From: Camelus ferus
Taxonomy: Eukaryota
Length of the DNA stretch: 64,000 nt
Assembly (NCBI RefSeq): GCF_009834535.1
Contig: NC_045697.1
Span: 53,942,001 to 54,006,000, forward strand
Direction: 5' to 3'
Shown here: positions 13,169 to 26,022 of the stretch, one piece after another
How positions within the stretch are numbered: position 1 is the stretch's first letter
Layout: each line of letters begins with the position of its first letter
Program-made: the position numbers and the translations under genes
The notes under the pieces: model-generated
The model's input: the letters and a program-made list of their open reading frames with translations, nothing else
The model's database searches: none
What the model was told of the DNA's origin: nothing

Positions 13169-13829
13169 GATAGGTTAATTGAAAGCTAGAAATGTTCTGA
13201 CACTTGAGTGCTAGATCCAAATATTTAAAAAGACAACAGTAAGTATTATAGCATCAAATGAATCTTACCACCATTTCATTAAATTTTGATATAAATAAAA
13301 ACTCTATATACAATAGTCCATGATTGTAATTTGATGTATGAAGTCATCTAATTTGCAAGTGAAAACCCTTGCTGGATGATAATCAGAATGCTCATAAATG
13401 CAGGCCTTTTCTTGAAAATGCTTTTTCTTAATATCTTAAACATTTTATGACCTCAGAAATCTTACTGTTCTTAAGAAAATGCCAAATTATAGTTTAATTG
13501 TTGCAGGTAGAAGATTTAGAAGGTATGTTGCCAATCAATTTAGAGAAAATCACAAAATCAGAATTTGGTCACTGAGCAGGATATTTTTGGCACAAGAACT
13601 TTGCAAACTGGAGATATTAATCAAGATATGATGGTACATATAACTAGCAAAGGTAGCTTGTAGTCCCAAGTTAAGCTGATGTTCAACACTGAGCCTATAT
13701 CGAGTAGTTACAGTGGGCATCTGTCTGTTCCAATGTGTTCAATATTCTGTTAAAATTAGTTGGTGTCCATGCCATCTGGTTATTCTATCATCTGGGTATT
13801 ACTCTAAATCCTAGGGGACACAAGAAAAA

Positions 13830-14300
13830 AATAACAAAGTGGGAGGAATGCGAGTACTATGAAAAGAAAGTAAACAGAAATCTTTAGAGGATGCCAAATG
13901 AATGGACCAGACCAAATAAGAATTTTTAAAAAGCATAAGTAATAACCTTAGTGATCTAAAGGAGGAAATTGGAAACATGAATCAGAAAAATCAATTATGA
14001 AGGACCAACTGGAGATACTAAACATGAAAAATCTACCAGACAAAATTATGTAGTAAGTATTGTATCAGAAACACTTTACTACTGTTTTGTGGATACTTTT
14101 TCAGACTAAATACACTTGAAAAACAGATTAGTGAACTGTAAGATCAGGTCAATGAACATTCCCAGAGAAATTAGGAAGGGACAAAGTGATACTAAAAAAC
14201 AGAGAAAAGAGAGACGCTAAGACACAGTGACACAATTTTGCAAAAGTAAAGAATGATATTAGTATCTAGATGGAAAGAGCACAGAGAAAGTGTTGAAACA
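13830..14300 (+). mobile_element. Ancient L1 ORF1/HAL1-like remnant
   Basis: A-rich, ORF1-like phrases 'caactggagatactaaacatgaaaaat' and 'gaaaaacagattagtgaactgtaagatcagg'. Confidence 0.5.
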
Positions 14301-15649
14301 GGAGAAATTTCAAGCTAACAGTTTTAATCTAATTCATTATATGTAAGGCCAAAATAAGTTACTGTAAGGTGCACAATGCCTCAGAAGGCTGACACACAAA
14401 GATTCTATTTGAAAACAGGGTGGGAGGAAGTGTTTGAGCAAGCAAAGCAATGAATCCAAGAGGTAACTAGGAGATGCAGAAGGTGTGGAAGAAGCAACGC
14501 TTTGCATTATGCTTGGATCAGAAGCTGCTGGAGCCGTTAATACAGATGGCTTCAGGGGGTGGCTAGACTGGACCGCTTCTATTACCCCAGAGATTTCATA
14601 GAGTATACACAGGTGGGACACATGTCATTTGTATATGGGTATTTGTTGGAGGAACAAAGGCCATAAAAACCTTCCATGAATTTATTTACAAATTGTACAT
14701 GTGAATATGCACTATTTCCTATAATCAGAGATAATGTTTAAAATATATGACATCTAATACAGCATGGGCACTGACCAATCAGAGCAGACATCAGTCAAAG
14801 GGCTGGAGCAGATTCTGGGAGGCTCCTGCTGTGCCCTTCACCTGGAGATTGCAAGTACATCTGAGGCAAACTGGGTCATGCGGGGGCCTTGGAGAGGCAC
14901 GGGGGAAGGGATCAGGGTAGCTTCCATTTACCAACAGATACCAGATTGTTCAGAATTTTAACACCTGGTATGGTCATGTATACTGGCAGAGTAGCAACAT
15001 GTCTTCATGTTTGATTATGTCACACAATTTTCTAAAATACACTTATTTTTTTAAAACTAACCTTTGGTAGATGTTATACTCCTAAGAGATGAAGACAGTG
15101 TCTGTAGTAAAATGATTTGGCATATTGGAGAGCCTTATCTTCTTTACAATGCAAATCAGAAAAAATAAATAGGGGATATTAACTTATAATAAAGAAGAGA
15201 GAGTAATCATATAATCTTAATCAAGACATTTTCCTGACAAGTCAGCTTGCATGGGTTTTCATTAAGCTTACTGGATTATAAATATCATGTCCCATTTTCT
15301 TTCCTATTTTTAAAGGAATTTTAAAACATGAAACCTGTTAAAGTTGAAAACAAAAACAAAAACAAAAAACCCTTAAGGATGGTTTCCTTTCATTGCAGAC
15401 CTAAACCAAACTGCAGGCTGTTGCCAAGCCCAGTAGACCTCAGCAGAGCCCACAACTTCCCGCAGACCAGTCTGCACACTCATGAGTGAGAAATAAACGT
15501 TTGTTCTTATGTCATTGAGTTGTTCAGTTGTTTGTTACATAGCAAAAGACATTCCTTTGTCACTTATTCATTTATTCCTCACTCATTCACTATATATTGA
15601 ACATCTGTGTGCTAGATATTGCTATAAAAACCCAATGCTGGTTTTTCTT

Positions 15650-16225
15650 TTAAAAAATTGATTAGGCAAGTTTCTGATCAAACTAATCAGGAAAAAGAAA
15701 AGAAGATGCACTAAATAACAGGACTTGTGAAGTTTCCATTCTGCTGTTGAGACAGAAAAAAAACAAATAGGGAAACCCAAATGGCTAAAAAGCAAATGAA
15801 GAGTAATTTACCTTTACAAGTAATCAGAGAAATGCAAATTAAAACATCAATTAGAAAGTCTGATAATTTCAAGTAGAGGTGTGGATGTTGGGAAATAGGA
15901 AATCTCCTATAAGGCTTAAGAGAAGGTAAACTGGTGCAACCATTCCAGAGGGCAACCTGCAAGTACTTGGTACATTAACTCTTCTTATACTCTCTATAGG
16001 ATGTAGCAGTTACATCCTAGTCTCTTGCACTTGTCCCTAAGAATATTTTTTACAGCACTGGTTATGGTAATAAGAATGGGGGAAGCTGAAATGTCCATCA
16101 GGAGAGGAATGAGAAGTAAAGTGAGAGATAGACACATAATAAAGTTATATGCAGTAATCAGAATGTTCTAGATTAATATATAGCTAGATGGATCTTAAAA
16201 TATCATGGCAAGGGAAAAAAAAGAA
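15650..16225 (+). mobile_element. Ancient L1 3' fragment
   Basis: 'gtaatcagagaaatgcaaattaaaaca', 'gtaaactggtgcaaccattccagagggcaacctg', 'aaatgtccatcaggag'. Confidence 0.7.
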
Positions 16226-16241
16226 ACAATATGAGATTTTA

Positions 16242-16354
16242 AAATTTTTTTCTATTATTATTATTTTTTAATGGAAGTACTGGGGATTGAACCCAGGACT
16301 TCGTGCATGCTAAGCATGTCCTCTACCACTGAGCTATGCCCATCCCCAACCCAA
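16242..16354 (-). mobile_element. tRNA-derived SINE (Vic-1-like)
   Basis: Antisense 'gtactggggattgaacccaggacttcgtgcatgctaagcatgtcctctaccactgagctat'; TSD 'aatatgagatttta' on both flanks. Confidence 0.92.
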
Positions 16355-19069
16355 AATATGAGATTTATAAAAGAATATCTTTCAAGGAGATTAAATGCAG
16401 ACACCTAGAAAGCAACACTATACTTATTTTTAAGGATACATGGGTATCTAAATAAATATAGAGATGACAGACTGGAAAAGCCTGTATTTTAATATATAAT
16501 AAATTAATATTTTATTAATATTACATTTAGTATATAATAATATTTGTACACGAGTTGAAGAGAGATAAAGATGGTGGATGAATGGAAAAAATACTGAATG
16601 AGAGTAGAAAAAAAGGCATTCAAAAGGCTGATAAAGTACAGTGAAATATAGAGTGTGATTAACTCAATTTTGTGCACTTGATTGTTTAAAAATAATAATG
16701 CATAGTAGAACAGGGAGTGTGGGGTCTGAAGTAATTTGAGAGCATATGAAAGTCAGTGCTATCTGGGGATGAGCATGTTGAATTCTCAGGCTTCTGATGA
16801 TCCCCTGCTCTTATATCCTTTCTGGGATAAAAGGAAGATAATAAATATCATAGCAGTTATATTTTAATTGTTTCAGTTTGGCAAATGATAATAACAAGAT
16901 AAGCTGTAAAGCTTTACCTGACACATATATTTATACTAGTAAACATAAATGTAGGAAGTATATTTTAAAGAAAATAATGCACTATGTTCATCAAAACCTT
17001 CACTTTTCTATGTGATAAATATGGTGATTTTTTTTAATAGTGGAATTTCTTTTGTCATTATCTTGTTAATTGGTATAATGTGAGGCTTAAGTTGCACTCA
17101 CAGATTTTAGTGTGTTATCATTAGAAAGTACTTCAATTGAAGCTATCATTTTACCTTTCTTTCATTATTATTCATGACCTTGAATGAGGATTATCTTTGG
17201 AACTCAGAGCCTCTCAAAATTATTTGTCTTTGCACTTACCCTCTGCTCTATATTCTTATTTTCTCCCTTCCTTTGAACAATCACAAAAGAGAAAGTAGGC
17301 AATGGAGTATACAGCACAGTCTTAATAGTCTTAACTGTGAATATTAAGAGGATATTATATCTCCATGTAGAACATTTAATTCTATTCAGTGTGTTTTAAC
17401 ATCACTGTTGGCTCCTTAATTGATCATGTAGTGAATACATGTCATGTGGAAAAATGCCAACTTTACATCTTAGGTAATCTGAACAATATCTTTCTTTGGC
17501 TGCTGATTAAAGTGCTTCAAAAAGTTTAAAAAGAAGAGTGTTTTTTAGGGTGAGGAAGGATAGACATTACCATGTGAGAAAGAAAAAGCTTATTACATCA
17601 CTCAGAGTTGATGATTACAATTCAGCTGTCATCTGTTTTTTTCTTGTTCATCTTCTAATTAGAGAAGGAATAGGTTCAGAAAGATTACCTAAGGAAACCG
17701 ATTATTAACTAAACTGGTTTATATTCACTCTGTAAATTGATAGTGATGCCACTTTCCTCTTTTATTTTCATCATGATTATGCTTATTATTTTCTGATTAT
17801 TTCATGTGAATTTTTATACATACTGCATTTCAAAGTGATTTTGCAGTTGCAGAAATGACTATTTTGAAATTTGAAGACAGATGAACAAGCTAACCCTTTG
17901 GGATCTAGTTGTGTTGGAACTAGAAGGTCCTGCTTCTTTTTCTTAGTATTTGCCTGCTGGTTGCGATTGTTGTTACCTGTTTCTCATTATTTGTTCCCCA
18001 AGGAAGTAAGATTTGTGAGTCAGTGGTTCCTCCACTTCTGATTTTGATCCATCCCTCTGGGACAGGCTAAGTCACAAATTCCCTGGTTCATTGCCACGAT
18101 AAGCAGCGTGACTAAGTACGACCTACAATACTTTCTTTCAGAAGATCAATCATTCAACTCACTGAATGTTAATTACTAATTTAACCCTGGAGAGGGGCTT
18201 TTCCTTTGTGTAGGAAGAAATACTCTTCAGAGATCCACAGTTCTTTTATACCATAATGTAGGAAAAGTAATATATTCTTTTACGAAACATCTGAAATTCC
18301 AAAGTCTCTCTTTATGATAGAAAACAAATAACATTAGTTTTTATTTTGTTTACTATTTATTTTCCTACCGTTGTTTGACATGCCTCTACATGAATACAGG
18401 TGGTCCTTCTGGTAGACCAGGAACTGTAGTTTCAGTAGTTAATGAGAAATCACAGAAACTCATCCATATATATTGTATTTTTGTAATTTTGGAGTTGCTA
18501 TCTGCTAATCCTCATCAAAATCTATTAGTTAAAAATGATATTGTGCATGTGAGGTCAGATATCTAGGCTCCTAGATAGAGTCAGATGATGTTGAAAATAG
18601 AAGGACACTTGGGCATAGATCTGAATAAAACTAATATATCTTAAGAATCTATTAATATAATCTTGATATTAAAATTATTGCAGTAATATTAGTATCTTCA
18701 ATTTCTGAGGTCTTTCCAATTCATAAAGTACTTTCTTGTACACCTTTTTAGAGGCAGGAACTATTTCATTGACTTCTATCCCTTGAACCCAGAAATTGCC
18801 AGGCATAGCTCAGTAAGTGTCTAAAGTAAATATTTGTCTTTTGTTGTTCTTTTTGCTCAGAGCACAAACTCCCTTCCTATATTTGGGGAATTCTTAATCA
18901 TAAGTATCCCTGACAGAAGCCTCAAAGGCCGTACACTAGGTATCCCATCTTCCTTTTCAGCAAGTGCACAGGAACATGACCTGGGCTCAACTAGTCAGCT
19001 GCACCCACTCGACTTTGTGTTGGGAGCTAGTGGAGAATCTCTTCTACTTGTGGTAACAGTGTGTGACTA

Positions 19070-19663
19070 ACGCCTGCTGCAGAGCTCCAGTGGAAATAGA
19101 ACGAGGGTGGCATACGATGTCCATGCCAGAGGTGAGCGGCTGCACAAGTGGGTGGGCTGCCCTGTGGGGAAGAGCAAGGCTGGGACCTACCTGCCTCTGT
19201 GTCCCTGACTATGCCCTGCCTGCAGATGGTGCTAGAGCTGCAGTCCATGCAAGAGGAGCTGCAAAGGTGCAGGAGGACCCTGAGGAGGCCTTAAGAGGAG
19301 CCCTCATCAACCTGGAAGGGGCCCATGAACAAATGAGCCTCTACCACCATCCACCACTGCCCAGAGCAGGTACCTGATCCCAGTACACTCTGGCCTTTCT
19401 GGGCCTCTGATAACCCCATGCCTTATATGGGCGATAATTATCTGCAACCAGACCCTGGGTCCCTCTGACCTCCTTGGTTTCGGGATTAGGAGCCCCCACT
19501 CCCTCCCGGGTCCAGGAGCTCCCAGCTTGCTGAGGAGCCAGTCCCCTCTGACCTGCTCTCTGCCTCTCTCAACCGTAGGGCCCTGGAACTGTCCCTGGAG
19601 ATCCGCTGAGTCTCTCTGAAGCAGGACTCCCTTGCTCAGGAGCTGCTTGGCAGAATCCAACAG
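19070..19663 (+). pseudogene. BICDL2: Unprocessed (intron-containing) BICDL2-like gene fragment: end of one exon, one full exon, start of the next
   Basis: Exon A ends 19131 (gtgagc donor); 94-nt intron ends ctgcag at 19225. Exon B 19226-19332 reads MVLELQSMQEELQR/VQEDPEEALRGAL...NK across frameshifts; its donor has decayed to atgagc. Intron ends accgtag at 19578. Exon C reads ALELSLEIR*VSLKQDSLAQELLGRIQQ. This matches recalled human BICDL2 'ELQSLREELQR...[49 protein letters not shown]'. Confidence 0.85.
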
Positions 19664-19698
19664 CATCCAGAATTCGCCAGTAGTAGGAAAAGTCCCCT

Positions 19699-20367
19699 TG
19701 TAACTGAGCAGTACCCTAGGGGACCTTCCCAAGAACAGACCCCCTCCTCCCCTCCATGTCTTCTGCCTACCACTTGTTTGTAGAAAAACTTCAGCTTCCT
19801 AGCCTTCCCCAAGTTCCAAACAATAAATTTAATCAGAGAAATGAGAAAATGCAGAAACAAAGGAAAATAGTCAAGCGAGGCAAGTTATTACTAGTTTAGC
19901 CATTAAACAAAATCAAGGACCTTTACTTCCTCCTCAAGGGATATAGATAACATTCTGAGCCATATCCTTTGAGCTATTTTGCAGATACTGAAACACTCAC
20001 CAGATGGAAGAAATTAACTGTGTGCTGCCCACAGGCACACAGACCCCAGACCAGTTGGAACCAGAAAAACTAGCTGACCAGAGATTTATGGCTCAGGTCA
20101 TGTTGCAACTGCAAGCAATACATGATGGCTACTTGGAATGGCATGATGGAGACAATCGTCTCTGAAAATAGATTAACCCCCACCCTAGCACATAGCCCTT
20201 TCCTCTTTTCCCTATATAATCTCTCAGTAAAGAGGGAGTGGGGAATTGGTTCTTTGTGATGTAAGTCCACCTTATCCCCAGGATCTCCAGCTTCCTCAAT
20301 AAAGTTATCTTTCTTTTTACCCAAAACATGTCTCTCGGTACTGGATTCTTGAGTGAATTCAGTAACA
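19699..20367 (+). mobile_element. Solo ERV1-type LTR
   Basis: tgtaac...gtaaca ends, TATA-like 'cctatataa' and AATAAA, near-TSD ccct/cctt. Related to the LTR at 26023-26658. Confidence 0.85.
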
Positions 20368-21678
20368 CCTTCATGACTCTAGATCCATGGTTTCAGTTCT
20401 GGTCCTGGATGCTGCCTGCTATCTTTTGTACTTTTCTTTTTTCAGAATGTGGTTCCCTAGCTTTGCTGGCAATTCTCTTAGCTATATAAAATTCTTGTAA
20501 TAAATTACTTTTCTATCTAAATTAGAGTTGGCTTCTGTTGTACTTGCCTTAATAATTCTGACCAATAAAATATAGAATTGAATTTCATGTCTCTATAACC
20601 TTATAATGATAGATTTTTAGGAATACTGTTTATGTATCAGAAAACAAAGATTAAGAGATACCACTTGACTTAACTAAGATCAAACATTTATTATGAACTG
20701 AGAGCCAGGATTTACATATAACCACTCTGATTCTAAGTCTGGGGCTCTTTCTCCCTTGCAGAGCGTGGCGGAGATTGGCTACAGGCTGAACATTACTTTT
20801 TCATTTCACAAAGCACACAGGAAACGTACTTGACAGTCTCTTTTGTCATTCATTTGGGACCATATGACTGGTTTTTAACAATGGGTGAAGGTGATGTTTG
20901 CCACCTTCAGAGCTAGCCACTAAAATGCCTCCTCAATTTTGTTCATACTTTCTGTCTGAGTGGCTGGAAGTGAAATGTAAGACTGACTTACTATGGAAGG
21001 AATCCAAATCTCTGAGTCATCATTCGGAGTAGAGTCACCTGGGAGAGCTGCCTGGGCCACATCATGAACTGGAGACAAATTTTTGTTGTATTAATCCCTC
21101 TGATTTGAGGGTTCATAGTTAAAGCAGCTAGTGATTTTTACTCCTGTTAATTGAAATTGGTAACAGAGGTGAGGTACTGCCATAACGAAAATCTAAAATA
21201 TGTGGCACTGCATCAGCTATTGGCTACAGATTGTAAAGAAATAGTTGCTAGATAACTATGTTATATGGTGGCAAATTTTTTGGTGAATTTGTTACCTGCT
21301 TTTCCTTGCAAGGCAGACATGTGTTGATGGAACTGTCGCTCTATAGGAAGAATTTCAAAAACCAAATGTTAGAAGTGTTTTTTGGGACTATTAGCTCATT
21401 TGACAGTGTATAGTTAAAAAAAAGAGATGAGCCCAGGAGAAAATTGGCCAATTGATAGATAGATAGAAAAAAAAAAGAGCCTGGATTTTGAGTTGATGCA
21501 ATTAGTGATGAAAGGTTTTGGGTTAGTGATGGGAGTCAATATCTTTCATGTGTGGGAGGATAGATAAAGGGACAATGAGTGGCTAGAAAGGAGGACTGTG
21601 GCAGAGACTAACTAGATGCTCACTAATCTTGTTTCCTCCTCTTGGGACTATGGGAATGCTTCATAGTTCAGTGTCTCT

Positions 21679-22373
21679 CGTAGTAAGATCAAATAGATCA
21701 CAGCCATTTGACTTCAGAAATATGAAACAAAATGGAGTCACTTATGTCAAGGAGTTTTAAAATGGAGCTTGGGGGCCATTAAGAAGGTGGACCTACCCAT
21801 GTCCTCACAGGCTAGAGCCATGAACTTTTGACCTGGCCAAACCACAAATATTCCAAGGACTCTGCAAGAATACCTGCAATAATAGACAATAATAGACGTT
21901 TCCTTCTCTCTAGGGATAGCCTTAGCACTCAGTCGTGTTCAGCCAAGACTAGCTTCTGCCTTACTAACTAATATATATAAAATAGATAAACAAGTTTATA
22001 CTGTGTACACAGGGAATTATATTCAATATCTTATAGCAACTTATGGTAACAAGAATATGAAAACAAATATATGTATGTTCCTGTATGACTGAAGCATTAT
22101 GCTGTACACCAGAAATTGATACAACATTGTAACCTGATTATATGTCAACTAAAAAAAAGTATATATATATATGTATATATACATACACCCCAAATTCTTT
22201 GTAATGCAAATCTCTCTTCTTTGCCTTTAAAAGCTCCTGATTTTTACTCCCTAGGGACACTCTTTGGGTTACTTCCTGAGTCTGAGTAACTGAGTGCCTG
22301 GAACTGCCATCCTTTGATCCCAAATAAATACTTTTTACTTGATTACTGTTTCCTATATTTGTTTAGGTTGACA
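21679..22373 (+). mobile_element. ERV LTR inserted in the MLT1 3' LTR
   Basis: 'aacaaaatggagtcacttatgtcaag' near the start, AATAAA at ~22323, ends 'ttaggttgaca'. MLT1-like sequence resumes after it. Confidence 0.7.
21962..22158 (+). mobile_element. Short L1 3'-end insertion inside the LTR
   Basis: Closely matches the 3' end of the large L1 (47270-47465), e.g. 'tatgactgaagcattatgctgtacaccagaaattga'. Confidence 0.9.
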
Positions 22374-22837
22374 GATTGGTAAATAGAATGTGAACAGAAG
22401 CTATTTTTGCCACTTCTGGATCTGGCTCCTAAAATGTCCTTCACAATTTTTTGTGCACTCTCTCCATTGTCCCATGATTGTAAGCAAAGGATTTTTAGAA
22501 AGTGGAGCTTCCCTGAGTCAACACTTAGAAGGGAGCTGCTGAACAGAGCTGCTGGACCAATTTTGAATTGTGACTTTGTCAAGTCACTAAAATTTTGAGA
22601 TGGCAAATACAGATGGCAGATATCTTTCATATTCAGAGATACAATATAGAAAAACTTATGTAAGCACATTAAACAAATCTGTATATAGGGTTAATAAATA
22701 ATCGTTGTACAGTCTGAATTTTATTTGTTGCAATGTTGGAAAGAAAAGGGGCCATTTTAAAGGGGACTCTTGGATTCCTTGGAATATAGCAAAGTATATT
22801 CTAAGCATAGATAGGATCACTAGTGAAGAAATAGATA

Positions 22838-23299
22838 TGCAGACAAAGAATGTTGCCAGCCATTCTGGTAAAGAAAGAATGTTGCCTCCATCAAGCTTCA
22901 GCCACTGCAGCCACCTGCAATGTGCACCCTGAAGGGAATTCAGGATGCAGAAGAACAGGGTAGTAGCCCTAGACAGTTAAGATGCATACCAAAGGAATCA
23001 TTTCAAGGCGCCTGACCCTTATCTTCCCATACACAGAAAAGCACTAACATCATTAACTTGAGGAAGTTTCTTTTATTTATTTATTTTTTTTTGTGATTAG
23101 CAGTCATCATTTGATGTTTGACTACATTTTTTTTTTCCAGCAAAAACTCCTTCTTCTCCTGGGTCCTCCCTTACCTCTTTCGAGCAGTCTCCTCAGAGCT
23201 ATCTGAGAGGCTACCTTCCCAGGCTATAGTCCTCAGTAAAGTCTCCAAATAAAACATAATTCTCAACTTTTAGGTTGTGTGTTTTTCTTTCAGTTGGCA
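22838..23299 (+). mobile_element. Solo ERV1-type LTR
   Basis: Shares 'tgcaccctga', 'cccatacacagaaaagcactaa' and 'aaataaaacataa.tctcaacttttagg' with 25468-25942; CA end. Confidence 0.8.
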
Positions 23300-24047
23300 A
23301 ACAGAAAAATGGAAATAAATAATTAGCTCTTCAAAACAGAATAAAAACCAGCAACAAGAAAGGGGAAGGTAGGAAGTGGTCTTAGTAGTGATTCCCCGGC
23401 CTGGGAATGGAATGAGAGGAGGAGCTGGGGAGTCATGTAAGTGACTTGAGAAAATTTTGTGAAGGGAAAGGGCCTTTTAGTGAATCCTATGGATGGGAAT
23501 TACGTGTTACCTGAAGTTTTCTTACCTGAAGGAGCATCTTCTGTGCCAAGGAGGATAGAAGGCTCAGAATTGCTCATCTAAGACATGAGTGGTTAAGAAC
23601 TTCAAGGAAAAAGTTTAGTTAGTGCATAAGATGATGGAAATCTGGTTTTAAGAGAAGTGAATTATTGGAGAGTTTAAGGAGAAAGAAGGATCAAGTTTTT
23701 GAAAGGGAGTCAGATTTGACTTTTTAATCTTTAGCAGTTTCTGTCTAGAAATAAATTCCATTTATATTTACTATTTTGCAGCACTTGCTATCCTCTCTTT
23801 AAAGTTTACCCTATTCATAAGGAGATAAATCCATTCCTTTATCTATGTTTATTTACATTCCTAGTGTGCAGAGCATTCAAAATACACTGTATACCATGCG
23901 TGTGAAAAGAATTCTAGTCTTTAAAGAGTTTGCAATTTACAACAAAATCTGTTTGGCTCTTACACTGTATTCAGCAATAAAGATAAAAAGATGACTGAGC
24001 CACAACACCTATCCTCAAGGAGTGAACAGTCAGTTCTTAAGGGGGAC

Positions 24048-24869
24048 TATTATTCTTTGCCCAATTCCACTGTGTGGGTTTTTCCCCTACACTACCAGGT
24101 AATTTTCTGTCACCAACTGGATGTCCTAGAATTCAGTTTAATTCTGACACTATCTACCCACAGATAACATTAAATTCCACAGGTTAAAAGCTTAGTCCCA
24201 TGGGACTGCCCTCCACTTGAGAAGCCAATTGCAAGTCCCAGCTGTCACCTGTGGTTCTGACCAACTGGCTATAAAGCTGAGGTTCCCATGATCACCTCCT
24301 TGGGTTCAAATGATTTGCTAGAACAGCTCACAGAACTCAGCAAATGAGTTTACTCACTAGATTGCCAGTTTATTAAAAATGGTATTTTTTAAAATATAAA
24401 TTAACAGCTAGAAGAAGGGATACATAGGGCAATGTCCTGAGCAAAGTAGCTTCTGTCACCGTGCAGTTTGGGACCTGGCACAATGGCACGTGGAAGTGTT
24501 TTGTTCAGCAACCTAGAAGCTCTCTGAACCCTTTCCTTTTGGGTTTTTATGAAGGATTTATTACATAGGTGTGAATAGTTAAATCACTGGCCTTGGATGA
24601 TGGAACTCAGTCTCTAGCCCCTCTCACCTCCCTGGAGTCAGAGGTGGGACTAAAAGATCCAGCCCTCTAACCAGGTGGTTTGTTCCCCAGGCAACCAGAC
24701 CCCACCCTTAGGTGATCTAGGGGCTTTCCAGAAGTCACCCATTAACGTAACAAAAGACGTATTTTCTGTTTCTAGGAATTTAGGAAATTCCTAGGGTTTT
24801 AAAAGCTCTGTACCAGGAATGGGGATTAAGACCAAATATATATTTCTCATAATAAATCACAGTATCACA
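24048..24869 (-). mobile_element. MER21-like LTR
   Basis: Right end 'gaccaaatatatatttctcataataaatcacagtatcaca' is the reverse complement of the recalled MER21 start. Confidence 0.7.
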
Positions 24870-25141
24870 ATGACCTAGACATGTAAAGAGACAGTTATAA
24901 TCCAGTGAAATAGTTAGCATAGTGTCTAAGAGCATAGGCTTTTAATCCAAATTGCCTGGGTTCCAAACCAGCTATTTACTGGGTGCATGACCTTTGAAGA
25001 GTTAACATTATTTACTCAATGGGGATAATAATAGAACCTTCCTGACAGAGTTACTTTGAAGTTTGAGTTAATGTATCTAAAGAACCAAGAAAAATGTCTA
25101 GCACATAGTAAAACTATATGTATGATTATAGCAGAAGAATC

Positions 25142-25467
25142 TGTTGCTCAACCCAAGTTCATGTGCCTGACCCACAGGGAGGCCAAACAAACCAGACGTC
25201 AGAGTTTGAAGCAGAGAAAGGTTTATCGCAGAGCCATGCACAGAGAATGAGTGGCTCATGCTCAACAGACCTGAACTCTCCTATGGGGAAGATTTTTATA
25301 GGCAAAATTTGTGGGGAAGACCTGCAGAGTATACGACTTTCTTCTCACTGGTTGATGGTGAGGTAACAGTGTTCCAGGACTCTGATACTCAGCCTAAAGT
25401 TACCATCATCCAGCTTGGTGGGGGCCTTAGTTCCTACAGAAGATCTCAAAGATACACTGTTACATAT
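25142..25467 (-). mobile_element. Partial ERV1-type LTR (3' half), inverted relative to 26023-26658
   Basis: Reverse complement matches 26330-26658 ('gcagagaaaggtttat' vs 'aataaacctttctctg'; 'tgttgctcaaccc' vs 'gtgttcagcaaca'). Confidence 0.8.
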
Positions 25468-25942
25468 TGTGAACAAAAAATACTACAAACCGTATCAGTA
25501 AACAAAGAATGCTGAAACCAAGTCATCAGCAGCTGCCGCCACCCCCCACTGAAGATAAGCCTGCAGCCCAGCCTCTGTAGCCACTCACAATGGTGCACCC
25601 TGAGGGGACTCAGAATAAGAAAGGACAGGACACTGGCCCTAGATAGCTAGGTGCTTGTCAAAGGAATGAATTCACTGAGCCCAAATGTTTGCCTCCTCCC
25701 ATACACAGAAAAGCACTAAATTCTTTAACTTGAGATGCCTGGTTTTCTTCAGATAACAAGTAATCTTTATTGTTACAACTACCTGGTCTTTGTTGTAAAG
25801 CTCCTATATATCCTAGCTCCTCCCCTACCTCTTCGGAGAAGATCCTCAGAGTGATCTGAGAGGCTATCATCCCAGCTCCAGTCCTCCTGCCAAATAAAAC
25901 ATAACTCTCAACTTTTAGGCTGAGCATTTATGTCAGTCAACA
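25468..25942 (+). mobile_element. Solo ERV1-type LTR
   Basis: TG...CA ends, 'cctatata', AATAAA; same family as 22838-23299. Confidence 0.8.
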
Positions 25943-26022
25943 CTAGTTTTAAAACTTGCTCAACTTAGTAGTAACAACTAGTGGTTCCTCACCTGATGGT
26001 TTTACAGTGTTTTCTTAGAAAT

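Larger units (their letters stand above)
18835..20567 (+). mobile_element. Old ERVL LTR (LTR16-like) interrupted by the BICDL2-like fragment and a younger LTR
   Basis: 5' part 18835-~19045 ('ctgggctcaactagtcagctgcacc...gactttgtgttgggagctagtg'). 3' part 20368-20567 ends 'aataaattacttttc...agagttggcttctgttgtacttgcc...ctgaccaata', like recalled LTR16 3' ends. Confidence 0.55.
20764..22610 (+). mobile_element. MaLR (MLT1) element: 5' LTR, deleted internal region, 3' LTR (3' LTR interrupted)
   Basis: LTR starts 'cgtggcggagattggct' (20764) and 'tgtggcagagactaact' (21597). Internal start 'aattggtaacagaggtgaggtactgccataac'; purine tract 'agaaaggaggac' before the 3' LTR. Confidence 0.7.

Noticed and set aside
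19063..19377. 104-aa ORF containing 'VQEDPEEALRGAL'
   Set aside because: It reads through an intron and only briefly follows the BICDL2-like frame; part of the pseudogene fragment, not a functional CDS.
22838..25942. Two related direct-orientation LTRs as one provirus
   Set aside because: The copies are clearly diverged, the interval holds unrelated repeats and unique DNA with no gag/pol/PBS trace, and there is no shared TSD.
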